Shown here in pieces: positions 38,882-47,347 of a stretch of 50,401 bases of DNA. Within the stretch, counting starts at the first letter, position 1, and every line of letters begins with the position of its first letter. The notes under the pieces are model-generated. The model worked only from the letters and a program-made list of their open reading frames with translations. It was not told where the DNA came from and made no database searches. Source of the DNA: Candidatus Omnitrophota bacterium (GTDB taxonomy: Bacteria > Omnitrophota > Gorgyraeia > Gygaellales > Gygaellaceae); the NCBI GenBank assembly GCA_018400015.1, contig JAGYNB010000002.1, positions 1 to 50,401 of the forward strand, in the 5' to 3' direction. The position numbers were made by a program, and so were the translations under genes.

Positions 38882-39823
38882 ATGAAAATAAAGAATACGG
38901 AAGTAAAGATAATAAAATCCGATATAACCACTTTAAAGGTTGATGCGATAGTTAATGCAGCAAATAATAAGTTATTGATGGGCGGCGGAGTTGCCGGTGC
39001 AATTAAAAAAGCAGGCGGTATAGAGATAGAAAAAGAGGCGGTTGCAAAAGGTCCGATAAAGATCGGTGAATCCATCTATACATCTGGCGGTAAATTAGCT
39101 GTAAAACATGTTATTCATTCAGCTACCATGGGCATGGATTTTAAAACCGATGAAGAAAAAATAAGGGATTCCTTTACCAGTGCGTTGAAACTGGCAGAGC
39201 AGCTAAAAGTCACATCTATTGCTTTCCCTGCTCTAGGCTGCGGAGTGGGAGGTTTTTCCTACAGAATTGCAGCAAAGATAATGGCACAGGAAGCCTTAAA
39301 ACATACAAGAGAAAACAATACCGTATTAAAAGAGATTATATTCTGTCTAAATACCGACGAAGCTTATAAAATATTCGATGAATTGGTTAATGGTTATCTT
39401 AATTATATATTACATAAAATAGAAGAAGGCCCATTTATTACCGTGGATATTATAATTGACAATACAGAGGGGATAGTTTTAATTAAACGTTCCAACCCGC
39501 CTTTTGGCTGGGCAATACCCGGAGGATTCTTGGATTATAACGAAAGCCTTGAAGATTGCGCAAAAAGAGAAGCAAAAGAAGAAACTGGTCTTGATGTAGT
39601 TGATTTAAAGCAAATGCATACTTATTCTGCTCCTGGCAGGGACCCGCGTTTTCATACCGTTACAACTGTTTTTACCGCTAATGCAAAAGGTTCACCTAAG
39701 GCAGATTCAGATGCCTGTGATGCCAAGGTTTTTACCCAAGAGCAGATAAAAGAGCTTAACCTTGCTTTTGACCACGGGAAAGTCATTGATGATTATTTTA
39801 ATTCGAAGGAAAAACAAAAATGA
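38882..39823 (+). CDS. Macro domain (ADP-ribose binding/hydrolase) fused to a Nudix hydrolase
   Basis: The macro domain has DAIVNAANNKLLMGGGVAGAI and SIAFPALGCGVGG. The Nudix box is perfect: GGFLDYNESLEDCAKREAKEETGL. An alternative TTG start lies at 38864. Confidence 0.88.
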   Translation: MKIKNTEVKIIKSDITTLKVDAIVNAANNKLLMGGGVAGAIKKAGGIEIEKEAVAKGPIKIGESIYTSGGKLAVKHVIHSATMGMDFKTDEEKIRDSFTSALKLAEQLKVTSIAFPALGCGVGGFSYRIAAKIMAQEALKHTRENNTVLKEIIFCLNTDEAYKIFDELVNGYLNYILHKIEEGPFITVDIIIDNTEGIVLIKRSNPPFGWAIPGGFLDYNESLEDCAKREAKEETGLDVVDLKQMHTYSAPGRDPRFHTVTTVFTANAKGSPKADSDACDAKVFTQEQIKELNLAFDHGKVIDDYFNSKEKQK

Positions 39824-40593
39824 TCGTAAGTCTTCTGACAGATTTTGGATTGGATGATAATTTTGTCGGTTCGATAAAAGCAGCGATGCTTAATGTAAAT
39901 CCCGGTATACAGATAGTGGATATTACCCATAATGTACAACCGCATGATATTTTCTCGGCGGCATTCCTTTTAGAAGGAACGTATAAATATTTTCCCAAGA
40001 ATACGCTTCATGTAGTAGTGGTTGACCCCGGAGTAGGCGCAGAGAGAAAAATTATTGTTGTTAAAATTAAAGACCATATGTTTTTAGCGCCTGATAACGG
40101 AGTATTAGCTCTTGCGTTAAAGAATAAGACGGTTCAGAAGATCGTCGAAGTTACAAATAAAAAGTTTTTTCTCAGCGATGTATCAAACACGTTTCACGGC
40201 CGGGATATTTTTGCTCCTGTGGCAGCACATATTACCAATGGCGTGCCTTTGAATAAGCTTGGCGAAGAAATTCATTTTTTAAGAGAATTTTCTTTGCCCG
40301 ATGTCAGTTTTACCGATGGTTGTATAAATGGTTCTGTTATACACATTGACAGATTCGGTAATATTATTACCAACATAAAGGAAGAGTTTTTGAAAGATTT
40401 TTCAAAAGAGATAAAAGTTAAAATTAAAGACCATACTATCGAAAGATTGAGTCTTACCTATTCTGACGTGCAGAAAAATATCCCCCTTTGTTTAGTGAAC
40501 AGTTTTGGCTATCTGGAAATAGCGATGAATTGCGCAAGCGCAAAAGATTTCTTTAAAATTGAAAACGGGCAGAATATCCAGGTCCTAAAATGA
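39820..40593 (+). CDS. S-adenosyl-L-methionine hydroxide adenosyltransferase family protein (DUF62; fluorinase/chlorinase-related)
   Basis: The motifs LLTDFGLDDNFVGSIKAAM, VVVDPGVG, FHGRDIFAP and IDRFGNIITN are present. An ATGA overlap joins it to the upstream gene. Confidence 0.87.
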   Translation: MIVSLLTDFGLDDNFVGSIKAAMLNVNPGIQIVDITHNVQPHDIFSAAFLLEGTYKYFPKNTLHVVVVDPGVGAERKIIVVKIKDHMFLAPDNGVLALALKNKTVQKIVEVTNKKFFLSDVSNTFHGRDIFAPVAAHITNGVPLNKLGEEIHFLREFSLPDVSFTDGCINGSVIHIDRFGNIITNIKEEFLKDFSKEIKVKIKDHTIERLSLTYSDVQKNIPLCLVNSFGYLEIAMNCASAKDFFKIENGQNIQVLK

Positions 40594-41312
40594 AACTGGT
40601 TTTAAGTGCGCAAAAGCTGCATAATCTTCTATCTAAGACAGCCGGCAAGACGATTTATGATAATCAGTTGATAGAAGATGGGGATAAAATATTAGTCGCA
40701 GTTTCAGGCGGTAAGGACAGCTTAAGCCTGTTGAAGATTTTAGAACACAGAAGAAGATTTATTCCTATAAAATATGATTTAGTAGCTGTTCATGTGGATA
40801 TGCATCTTACCAGAGCGGGTTTAAAAAGATTAGTAGATTTCTTTAAAAAGAATGCGGTAAGCTACAAAATCGTTAAGCTAAAGATTAAGAAAAGCAGGGA
40901 AAAGAATTGTTTTTGGTGTGCATGGAACAGAAGAAAGGTTCTTTTTGAACAGGCCGTAAAGCTAGGTTGCAATAAGATTGCTTTAGGTCATCATTTAGAT
41001 GATATTGCAGAAACTATTCTTATGAATATGTTTTTTAACGGTGAAATCTCTAGTATGCTGCCTAAGCAGAGTCTTTTTAAAGGCGAGCTTACGGTTATCA
41101 GGCCTTTTGCGGAAATAAGCGAATATAGGATTAAAAAGTTTGCTGATCTGGCAGGATTAAAATATTCTTCATGCAAGTGTGCTTATGCTGACAAAAACAA
41201 AAGAGAACTTATGCAGAAGTTTATTAAACGGATTTCCAAGACCTGCCCAGAGGTAAGAATAAATATCTTAAGAAGCCTAAAGAGGATAAAGAGAGACTAT
41301 CTTCCTACGTAG
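40590..41312 (+). CDS. ttcA: PP-loop ATPase, TtcA-like tRNA 2-thiocytidine biosynthesis protein
   Basis: It has the PP-loop VAVSGGKDS, the motifs CFWCAWNRR and ALGHHLDD, and a second Cys pair SCKC. An ATGA overlap joins it to the upstream gene. Confidence 0.83.
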   Translation: MKLVLSAQKLHNLLSKTAGKTIYDNQLIEDGDKILVAVSGGKDSLSLLKILEHRRRFIPIKYDLVAVHVDMHLTRAGLKRLVDFFKKNAVSYKIVKLKIKKSREKNCFWCAWNRRKVLFEQAVKLGCNKIALGHHLDDIAETILMNMFFNGEISSMLPKQSLFKGELTVIRPFAEISEYRIKKFADLAGLKYSSCKCAYADKNKRELMQKFIKRISKTCPEVRINILRSLKRIKRDYLPT

Positions 41313-41349
41313 TGTAAGAGTCTATTATTTGAGGAGAAAGTAGAAAAAT

Positions 41350-42285
41350 ATGAATATTTGGTTAGCATTTATTTTTTTTGCCGTAGTTATTGTTGCGGTA
41401 ATAATGGTTATATTTAAGCTTATTAGTTCTGTTACACAAAGAATAGATTTGCTTTTGCAGTCCATACAGAACACAACTAATTCATTAAGCCAGAATATCG
41501 CCAGTTCGGCTACGATATTCGGTGATGTCAATGAAAAGCTAGGAAAATTAGAGGAGACAAATAAAAAGATCTATGATGTTGGTAAAGATATATCCAGCCT
41601 GCAGGAGCTTTTGCGCGCGCCTAAATTTCGCGGCAAATTCGGAGAGCAGTTTCTTGAGAATTTGCTTTCTCAAGTGGTGCCTAAGGGGTATTACCAGATG
41701 CAGTATAAGTTTAAAACCAATGAAACAGTTGATGCGATAATAAGGCTGGGAGAAAAAATCGTTCCTATCGACGCAAAGTTTAGTTTGGAGAATTTTCGGA
41801 AGAAGATTCTGTCTGCTAACGATGAAGAAGCCAGTATTTTTAAGAAAAGGTTTGTTCAGGATGTAAAAAATCGCGTAGAGGAAATTTCCTCTAAGTATAT
41901 TCTTCCTGACGAAGATACGTATGACTTTGCACTTATGTATATTCCCGCTGAGAACGTATACTACGAGATTATTATAACAGAAGACTTGTTGAGTTTTTGT
42001 TTAGATAAAAAGGTTGTTCCTGTATCCGGTAATACTTTGTATGCTTATTTACAGGTTATTTGTTTGGGGCTAAAAGGGTTAAAGGTAGAGGAAAACGCCA
42101 AAAATATCCTAAAGGGCCTGGGCGCTCTTTCCGTTGAAGTAGATAAATTTAAAAATGATTTTGCTCTTTTAGGCACGCACCTTGTCAATGCCAATAAGAA
42201 ATATGACGATGCAACAGTCAAGTTGGATAAGTTTCATGACAAGCTGGATTTTATTAATAGTGAAAAGAATCTTAAAAGTAAGTAA
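41350..42285 (+). CDS. rmuC: DNA recombination protein RmuC
   Basis: It has an N-terminal TM helix, a coiled coil, the motif KFRGKFGEQFLENLL and the nuclease-core segments DAIIRLGEKIVPIDAKF and MYIPAENVYY. Confidence 0.87.
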   Translation: MNIWLAFIFFAVVIVAVIMVIFKLISSVTQRIDLLLQSIQNTTNSLSQNIASSATIFGDVNEKLGKLEETNKKIYDVGKDISSLQELLRAPKFRGKFGEQFLENLLSQVVPKGYYQMQYKFKTNETVDAIIRLGEKIVPIDAKFSLENFRKKILSANDEEASIFKKRFVQDVKNRVEEISSKYILPDEDTYDFALMYIPAENVYYEIIITEDLLSFCLDKKVVPVSGNTLYAYLQVICLGLKGLKVEENAKNILKGLGALSVEVDKFKNDFALLGTHLVNANKKYDDATVKLDKFHDKLDFINSEKNLKSK

Positions 42286-42307
42286 TTAATTTAAAGAATA
42301 ATTCTAA

Positions 42308-42526
42308 ATGATTATCAAAGTAAAAGTAGTCTCAAGAGCAAAGAAAGATTCATTGGTTGAAACTGATTCTGGTCTTAAGGTTTACATTAAAGCCCCTGCG
42401 GTAGATGGGAAGGCGAATCGTTCATTAATAAAGGTGTTGGCTGGATATTTCTGTGTAAAATCTGCAAGTATAAAAATCAAATCAGGGCTTCGTTCAAGAA
42501 ATAAATTGATTTCAATAAATGGATAA
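42308..42526 (+). CDS. DUF167 (YggU-like) protein
   Basis: 72 aa. The motifs KVKVVSRAKKD, GLKVYIKAPAVDGKAN and SASIKIKSG fit the family. Confidence 0.75.
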   Translation: MIIKVKVVSRAKKDSLVETDSGLKVYIKAPAVDGKANRSLIKVLAGYFCVKSASIKIKSGLRSRNKLISING

Positions 42527-43238
42527 CTTATTTATTAAAAATAAGCGTTCATTGTTATTCTCGCCGTTTTTAAAAGAGAATGTTGCCGCAGGTATGACTT
42601 ATGCCAGGTTGGATTTTAGCTTTGAGCGTGATAACAATGTTTTGAAGCGTCTTTATGGCGAGCTTTTTAGGGAGCTTTATGTTAACCCAAAGAGAATTAT
42701 AAGCTTAAAGCAGACACATTCAGATAGTATATTTATATTTAAAAATGGGGCTTCGGTTATAGATACACCGGAAGCTGATGCAATCATAACAGATTCTAAA
42801 AATACGGCAATTTTAATTAGGGTGGCAGACTGTGTGCCTGTGTTTATTTATGACAAGGCAAAAAAAACATCTGCTTTAGTTCATAGTGGCTGGAGAGGTA
42901 CACAGAAGCTGATTGTAGTAAAAGTAGTAAAGTCAATGAATGATTTATTTGGTAGCTGCACGCAGGATTTGATTGCTTTAGTCGGGCCATGTATAAGAGA
43001 TTGTTGTTACGAGGTTTCAAATGATTTCAAAGATAATTTTAAAAACATTTCTAAAATAGGTAATAAGTATTTTCTGGATTTACCGCAAGAAGTGATGATG
43101 CAGTTGTCTTGTACAGGCATTGCAAAAGAAAATATATTTGATTGTGGGGTTTGCTCGTCGTGCTCTTCTTATGGTTTTTATTCTTACAGAAGACAAAAGA
43201 CTGCACGTAGAAATTTATGTTTTATGGTTATGAAATAA
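42519..43238 (+). CDS. pgeF: YfiH/PgeF-family (laccase-domain, peptidoglycan editing factor) protein
   Basis: The motifs QTHSDSI, ADCVPV, HSGWRGT, CCYEV and FYSYRR are present. Confidence 0.87.
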   Translation: MDNLFIKNKRSLLFSPFLKENVAAGMTYARLDFSFERDNNVLKRLYGELFRELYVNPKRIISLKQTHSDSIFIFKNGASVIDTPEADAIITDSKNTAILIRVADCVPVFIYDKAKKTSALVHSGWRGTQKLIVVKVVKSMNDLFGSCTQDLIALVGPCIRDCCYEVSNDFKDNFKNISKIGNKYFLDLPQEVMMQLSCTGIAKENIFDCGVCSSCSSYGFYSYRRQKTARRNLCFMVMK

Positions 43239-43251
43239 CAAGGAGGTTGAG

Positions 43252-43728
43252 ATGCCAAAAATTTTAATTATTTATTATTCAAAAAGCGGTAACACTAAAG
43301 CTATGGCTCAGGCGGTTGCCGAAGGCGTAAAAGAAGAGAATATAGAAGCTGTAGTTAAGGATGTCAAAGACGTTAACGTGAAAGAGTTTCTTGATTATGA
43401 GGGGATAATTATCGGTTCTCCCACTTATTACGGTACTTTAGCAGCCCAGATAAAAAAACTTTTGGATGAAAGCGTTTGTTTCCACGGAAAATTAAACGGC
43501 AAGGTAGGAGCAGCTTTTACTTCGTCTGCGAATATCGGTGGAGGTAATGAAACAACCATATTAAGTATCTTGCAGGCAATGCTGGTACATGGTATGATTG
43601 TTCAGGGTGATTATAGCGGCGATCACTACGGCGCAGTGGGTATAAGCAATCCCGATGGACGCGCCGTTAAACAATGTCATAGGCAAGGGAAAAGAACCGC
43701 AATGTTAATTAAACAGCTTTTTAAATGA
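43252..43728 (+). CDS. Flavodoxin-fold FMN protein (WrbA/NAD(P)H-quinone oxidoreductase-like)
   Basis: The motifs KILIIYYSKSGNTKAMA and GSPTYYGTLAAQIKKLLD are present. An AAGGAGG Shine-Dalgarno lies upstream. Confidence 0.8.
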   Translation: MPKILIIYYSKSGNTKAMAQAVAEGVKEENIEAVVKDVKDVNVKEFLDYEGIIIGSPTYYGTLAAQIKKLLDESVCFHGKLNGKVGAAFTSSANIGGGNETTILSILQAMLVHGMIVQGDYSGDHYGAVGISNPDGRAVKQCHRQGKRTAMLIKQLFK

Positions 43729-44411
43729 TAGAGATTCTAGTCGGTTTAAAGGATAATATTTTTGGATTTTTTTTGGTTTTTAATGCAGGTGTATTAACGA
43801 GTTTTACGCCCTGTATCTATCCTTTGATACCTATAACCTTGGCAGTTATTGGCGCCAAGGCCACCAAATCGAAGTTAAAAGGTTTTTTCTTAAGTTTGAT
43901 CTATGTATTTGGCATGTCCTTGACTTATGCGTTATTGGGGATTTTTGCCGCTTTGACCGGTAAGGTTTTTGGTTTTGTCGTAAGGCCGGCATTGGCGAAT
44001 TTTATTGTTGCTAATGTTTGTCTTTTGTCTTCATTTTGGATTTTTGGCATTTTTGATTTACCCACGCCGAAGATCTTTAAGAATCCTAAAATAAAAGATA
44101 AGAATTTTTTCTGGATTTTTATAATCGGTGTCTTATCGGGGTTAGTGGTTTCGCCATGTGTTAGCCCTATATTAATCAGCATACTGAGCATTGTCGCCAA
44201 AGGAGAGAATGTCGCCTGGGGAATGAGTTTATTATTTGTATACGGCTACGGATTGGGTTTTACTCTTATTTTAGCAGGTACTTTTGCCGGGTTTTTTACG
44301 AATCTTCCCAAGTCAGGAAGATGGTTGAAGGTGATTAAATATATTTACGGTTTTATTCTTATTGCAACAGCAGAATACTTTTTTATACAATGCGGAAAAT
44401 TATTGATTTAA
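43725..44411 (+). CDS. ccdA: CcdA/DsbD-type thiol-disulfide transporter (cytochrome c biogenesis protein transmembrane region)
   Basis: It is a polytopic membrane protein with the two conserved PC motifs (TSFTPCIYPLIP and VVSPCVSPIL). Confidence 0.85.
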   Translation: MIEILVGLKDNIFGFFLVFNAGVLTSFTPCIYPLIPITLAVIGAKATKSKLKGFFLSLIYVFGMSLTYALLGIFAALTGKVFGFVVRPALANFIVANVCLLSSFWIFGIFDLPTPKIFKNPKIKDKNFFWIFIIGVLSGLVVSPCVSPILISILSIVAKGENVAWGMSLLFVYGYGLGFTLILAGTFAGFFTNLPKSGRWLKVIKYIYGFILIATAEYFFIQCGKLLI

Positions 44412-44869
44412 AGAATGCTTTATTGGGTTTATTGTTTTTATGCTTAGTAGCTGGCAATTGTTTTGCGCAGACAGCTCCTGATTTCTTGTTAAAGGACACC
44501 GAAGGTAAAATATGCAGTCTTTCCGACTACAAGAATGAGAAGATCATAGTTTTTTTCTGGAGTGTGAGATGTTATTACTGCGTGAAAGAAATAGAACGTT
44601 TAAAGAAATTCCAGCCTAAAATAAAAAAAGATGGCTGGAAAATAGTTTCAATTAACGTAGGCGATTCTAAATCAACAGTTGAAAGTTTTATTCGCCGACA
44701 TAAAATTGATTTTCAGGTTTTGTTGGATAGCGATTTGAAAATGAGCATGAAATATGGAATATATGGCGTGCCTACGTTTTTCTTTTTAGACAAAAAACAT
44801 GATGTTGAATACGTGGATAATTATTTTTCCGTATACTGGGATGAAGATTTAGATGAACTCGAAAATTAA
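44390..44869 (+). CDS. Secreted TlpA/ResA-like thioredoxin-fold protein with a CYYC active site
   Basis: It has a signal peptide (LLFLCLVAGNCFA/QT), the motifs FWSVRCYYCVKE and YGIYGVPTFFFLD. It overlaps ccdA by 22 nt. Confidence 0.8.
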   Translation: MRKIIDLKNALLGLLFLCLVAGNCFAQTAPDFLLKDTEGKICSLSDYKNEKIIVFFWSVRCYYCVKEIERLKKFQPKIKKDGWKIVSINVGDSKSTVESFIRRHKIDFQVLLDSDLKMSMKYGIYGVPTFFFLDKKHDVEYVDNYFSVYWDEDLDELEN

Positions 44870-46214
44870 TTTATCTTTTTTAGTAGACTTTTATGAGTTA
44901 ACTATGGCTCAGGCGTATTTTAAGTATAAGCCAAATACGCAAGCTACGTTTGATCTTTTTCTGCGAGATCTTCCTGTAAATCGGTCGTATTGTCTGGTTG
45001 CAGGATTAGAGGATTGTCTTGATTTCTTACAAAATCTGAAATTTGATTCCCGCCAGATAGAATATTTAAGAGGAATAAAGATTTTTAGCGAGGATTTCTT
45101 GAAGTATTTAGCCGAATTTAGTTTTAAAGGTGAAGTTTGGGCTCTTCCAGAAGGAAGCGTTTGTTTTGCAAATGAGCCAATAATTAGAGTTACCGCTTCT
45201 TTAATCCATGCGCAAATAATAGAGAGTTTCTTGCTGAATACAGTTAATCTTCAGTCAAATATCGCTACTAAAGCTTCTCGTGTTGTGCAAGCCGCAAAAG
45301 GAAAGGCTGTATATGATTTTTCTTTGAGGAGAACTCAAGGTATTGATGCGAGTATTAAGGCTGCACGTTCTTGTTATATTGCCGGTTGTGCTGGTTCGTC
45401 AAATTGTATGGCGGGTTTATTGTACGGAGTTCCTTTAGCCGGAACTATGGCGCATTCTTTTGTCATGGCTTTTAACAATGAACTTGAGAGCTTCCGCAGT
45501 TATGCGGAGGTTTTTCCTGATTCGACGATACTTCTTGTAGATACCTATGATTATAAAAAGGGTATTGGTAATGCAGTAATCGTAGCCAAAGAATTGGAAA
45601 AAAAGAACAAGCGACTTAAGGCAATCCGACTTGATAGCGGTGATCTTTGCGCAGTTTCAAAGTTAGCGAGAAAAGTCCTAGATAAAAATAATCTTAAATA
45701 TGTAAGGATATTGGCAAGCGGAAACCTTGATGAATATGCCATTACAAAATTAATTAAGCGTAAAGCTTTGATCGATAGTTTTGGCGTGGGGACCAAGATG
45801 GGCACATCTGCCGATTCCCCGTATTTAGATGTTATATATAAATTGTGTGAAGTTTCTGATAATGAAAATGATTTTTTACCGAGAATGAAATTGAGCACAG
45901 CTAAGATTACTTATCCGGGCAGAAAACAGATATATCGAATAAAGAACAGAAAGGGAATTATAGAAAAAGATATACTCGGCCTAGAGGATGAATCAATAAA
46001 GAAGGCAGAACCTTTATTAGTCAAGGTTATGGAAGAAGGCAAAGTTGTCTATAGCAGGCCTAATATTCATGAGATTGCTTCATTTTCTAGAAATAATCTT
46101 GCCGGTCTTGCGGATAATTTAAAAAAGATAGAAAAGAGAAATCAGTTTACGGTTAAGCCATCAAGAGCTTTAAAAAAATTAAAACACAAACTTATAAAAC
46201 AGAATAAAAAATGA
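44853..46214 (+). CDS. pncB: Nicotinate phosphoribosyltransferase
   Basis: The motifs LVDFYELTMAQAYF, GTMAHSFVMAF, LLVDTYD and IRLDSGD are present. Confidence 0.9.
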   Translation: MNSKINLSFLVDFYELTMAQAYFKYKPNTQATFDLFLRDLPVNRSYCLVAGLEDCLDFLQNLKFDSRQIEYLRGIKIFSEDFLKYLAEFSFKGEVWALPEGSVCFANEPIIRVTASLIHAQIIESFLLNTVNLQSNIATKASRVVQAAKGKAVYDFSLRRTQGIDASIKAARSCYIAGCAGSSNCMAGLLYGVPLAGTMAHSFVMAFNNELESFRSYAEVFPDSTILLVDTYDYKKGIGNAVIVAKELEKKNKRLKAIRLDSGDLCAVSKLARKVLDKNNLKYVRILASGNLDEYAITKLIKRKALIDSFGVGTKMGTSADSPYLDVIYKLCEVSDNENDFLPRMKLSTAKITYPGRKQIYRIKNRKGIIEKDILGLEDESIKKAEPLLVKVMEEGKVVYSRPNIHEIASFSRNNLAGLADNLKKIEKRNQFTVKPSRALKKLKHKLIKQNKK

Positions 46215-47242
46215 AGATCTTAGAGAAAGAACTTAATTTTATGACTACCGGTATAGGTAGTGTTGCTTTAACGGATACAAAAGAAGCGCTTGATATTATT
46301 TTTGAATGTGTAGATATTCCTTTTTGGCCGCAGCTGCCTAATTTATCGAAGAATGAGTCAATGGTTTTACAATTTTGCGAGAATATCCCTTGCCTGAAAA
46401 TTATGGACAAAGATTTAGTTTTTATGGGCGAGAATTGTGAGCAAGATCTTGAGCGTTGTTACGAGCATATAATCGCAGAGGATAGAGATTTTTTTAAAGT
46501 ATCTAAAGAGTATGCGGAAGGTTTCTACGCTTTTTTAGACTACCTAAAAAATAAAAAAACCGATTTTAGTTATATAAAAGGGCACATTACTGGTCCGTTT
46601 AGTTTTGCCGCTTCTGTAAAAACACAAGGCAATTCTTTAGTGTCGGATAATATTATGATGGAAGTCATTACCAAGGCTTTAGCCTGGAAATCACTATGGC
46701 AGATAGCCAAACTTAAACAGGCTAATAAAAAAGTTATATTTTTTATAGATGAGCCGTATTTGAGTTGTCTTGGTTCTGGGTTCGCACCGATAAATAAAGA
46801 TAGCGTTAAGTTATATCTGAGCGAGTTTATCAAGGTTTTGCGTAAAGAAGAGGTTTTAGTGGGCCTGCATTGTTGCGGCAACACTGATTGGGGTTTGCTT
46901 ATGGATCTGGATATTGACGTTATCAATTTTGATGCGTTCGGTTTTGTCGATAAATTTATCTTGTTTTCGGAAGAGATTAAAAGATTTCTGCTAAAAGGTA
47001 AGGTATTGGCATGGGGCATTGTACCAACCTCTGAATATAATGAAACTCTCACCAGTAAGGACCTGTATGATAAACTTAAGGTCTGCATTGAAAGATTAGA
47101 GAAAAAAGGCATAGAGCGCACTTTAATAATCAACAATTCTTTGATAACGCCTTCTTGTGGGCTGGGATCTATAAAAAAAGACGTAAATCCGAATATATTT
47201 AGACTTTTAAAACAGACTGCTGATTTATTAAGACAGGATTAA
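46211..47242 (+). CDS. MetE-C-terminal-like / UROD-superfamily Zn-dependent alkyltransferase, uncharacterised
   Basis: It has a TIM-barrel-like pattern, with GLHCCGN (HxC) and TPSCGLG resembling the MetE zinc ligand motifs. An ATGA overlap joins it to pncB. Confidence 0.6.
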   Translation: MKILEKELNFMTTGIGSVALTDTKEALDIIFECVDIPFWPQLPNLSKNESMVLQFCENIPCLKIMDKDLVFMGENCEQDLERCYEHIIAEDRDFFKVSKEYAEGFYAFLDYLKNKKTDFSYIKGHITGPFSFAASVKTQGNSLVSDNIMMEVITKALAWKSLWQIAKLKQANKKVIFFIDEPYLSCLGSGFAPINKDSVKLYLSEFIKVLRKEEVLVGLHCCGNTDWGLLMDLDIDVINFDAFGFVDKFILFSEEIKRFLLKGKVLAWGIVPTSEYNETLTSKDLYDKLKVCIERLEKKGIERTLIINNSLITPSCGLGSIKKDVNPNIFRLLKQTADLLRQD

Positions 47243-47271
47243 GATAAATAAGTTAGCGAATATGTTTTTTC

Positions 47272-47300
47272 TTGACTTGCCCAGGGCTATATGATAAGCT
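47272..47300 (+). promoter_or_regulatory. Candidate sigma70 promoter upstream of the OmpA-family gene
   Basis: TTGACT (47272-77), a 17-nt spacer ending in TGA, then TAAGCT (47295-300). It is bracketed by the 8-bp inverted repeat aagttagc (47250-57) / gctaactt (47298-305). Confidence 0.4.
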
Positions 47301-47347
47301 AACTTTAAATTTCCTTATAGGTTAAAGAAAATCAAGGAGGTTATAAA

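Noticed and set aside
46570-47136. A 188-aa minus-strand ORF inside the MetE-like gene. Similar antisense ORFs occur at 47845-48297, 38656-39075, 23898-24305, 26783-27187 and 20406-20795.
   Set aside because: All are fully nested antisense to plus-strand genes with stronger coding evidence. Their products are Ser/Leu/Ile/Phe-rich, as expected from reading AT-rich coding DNA backwards.
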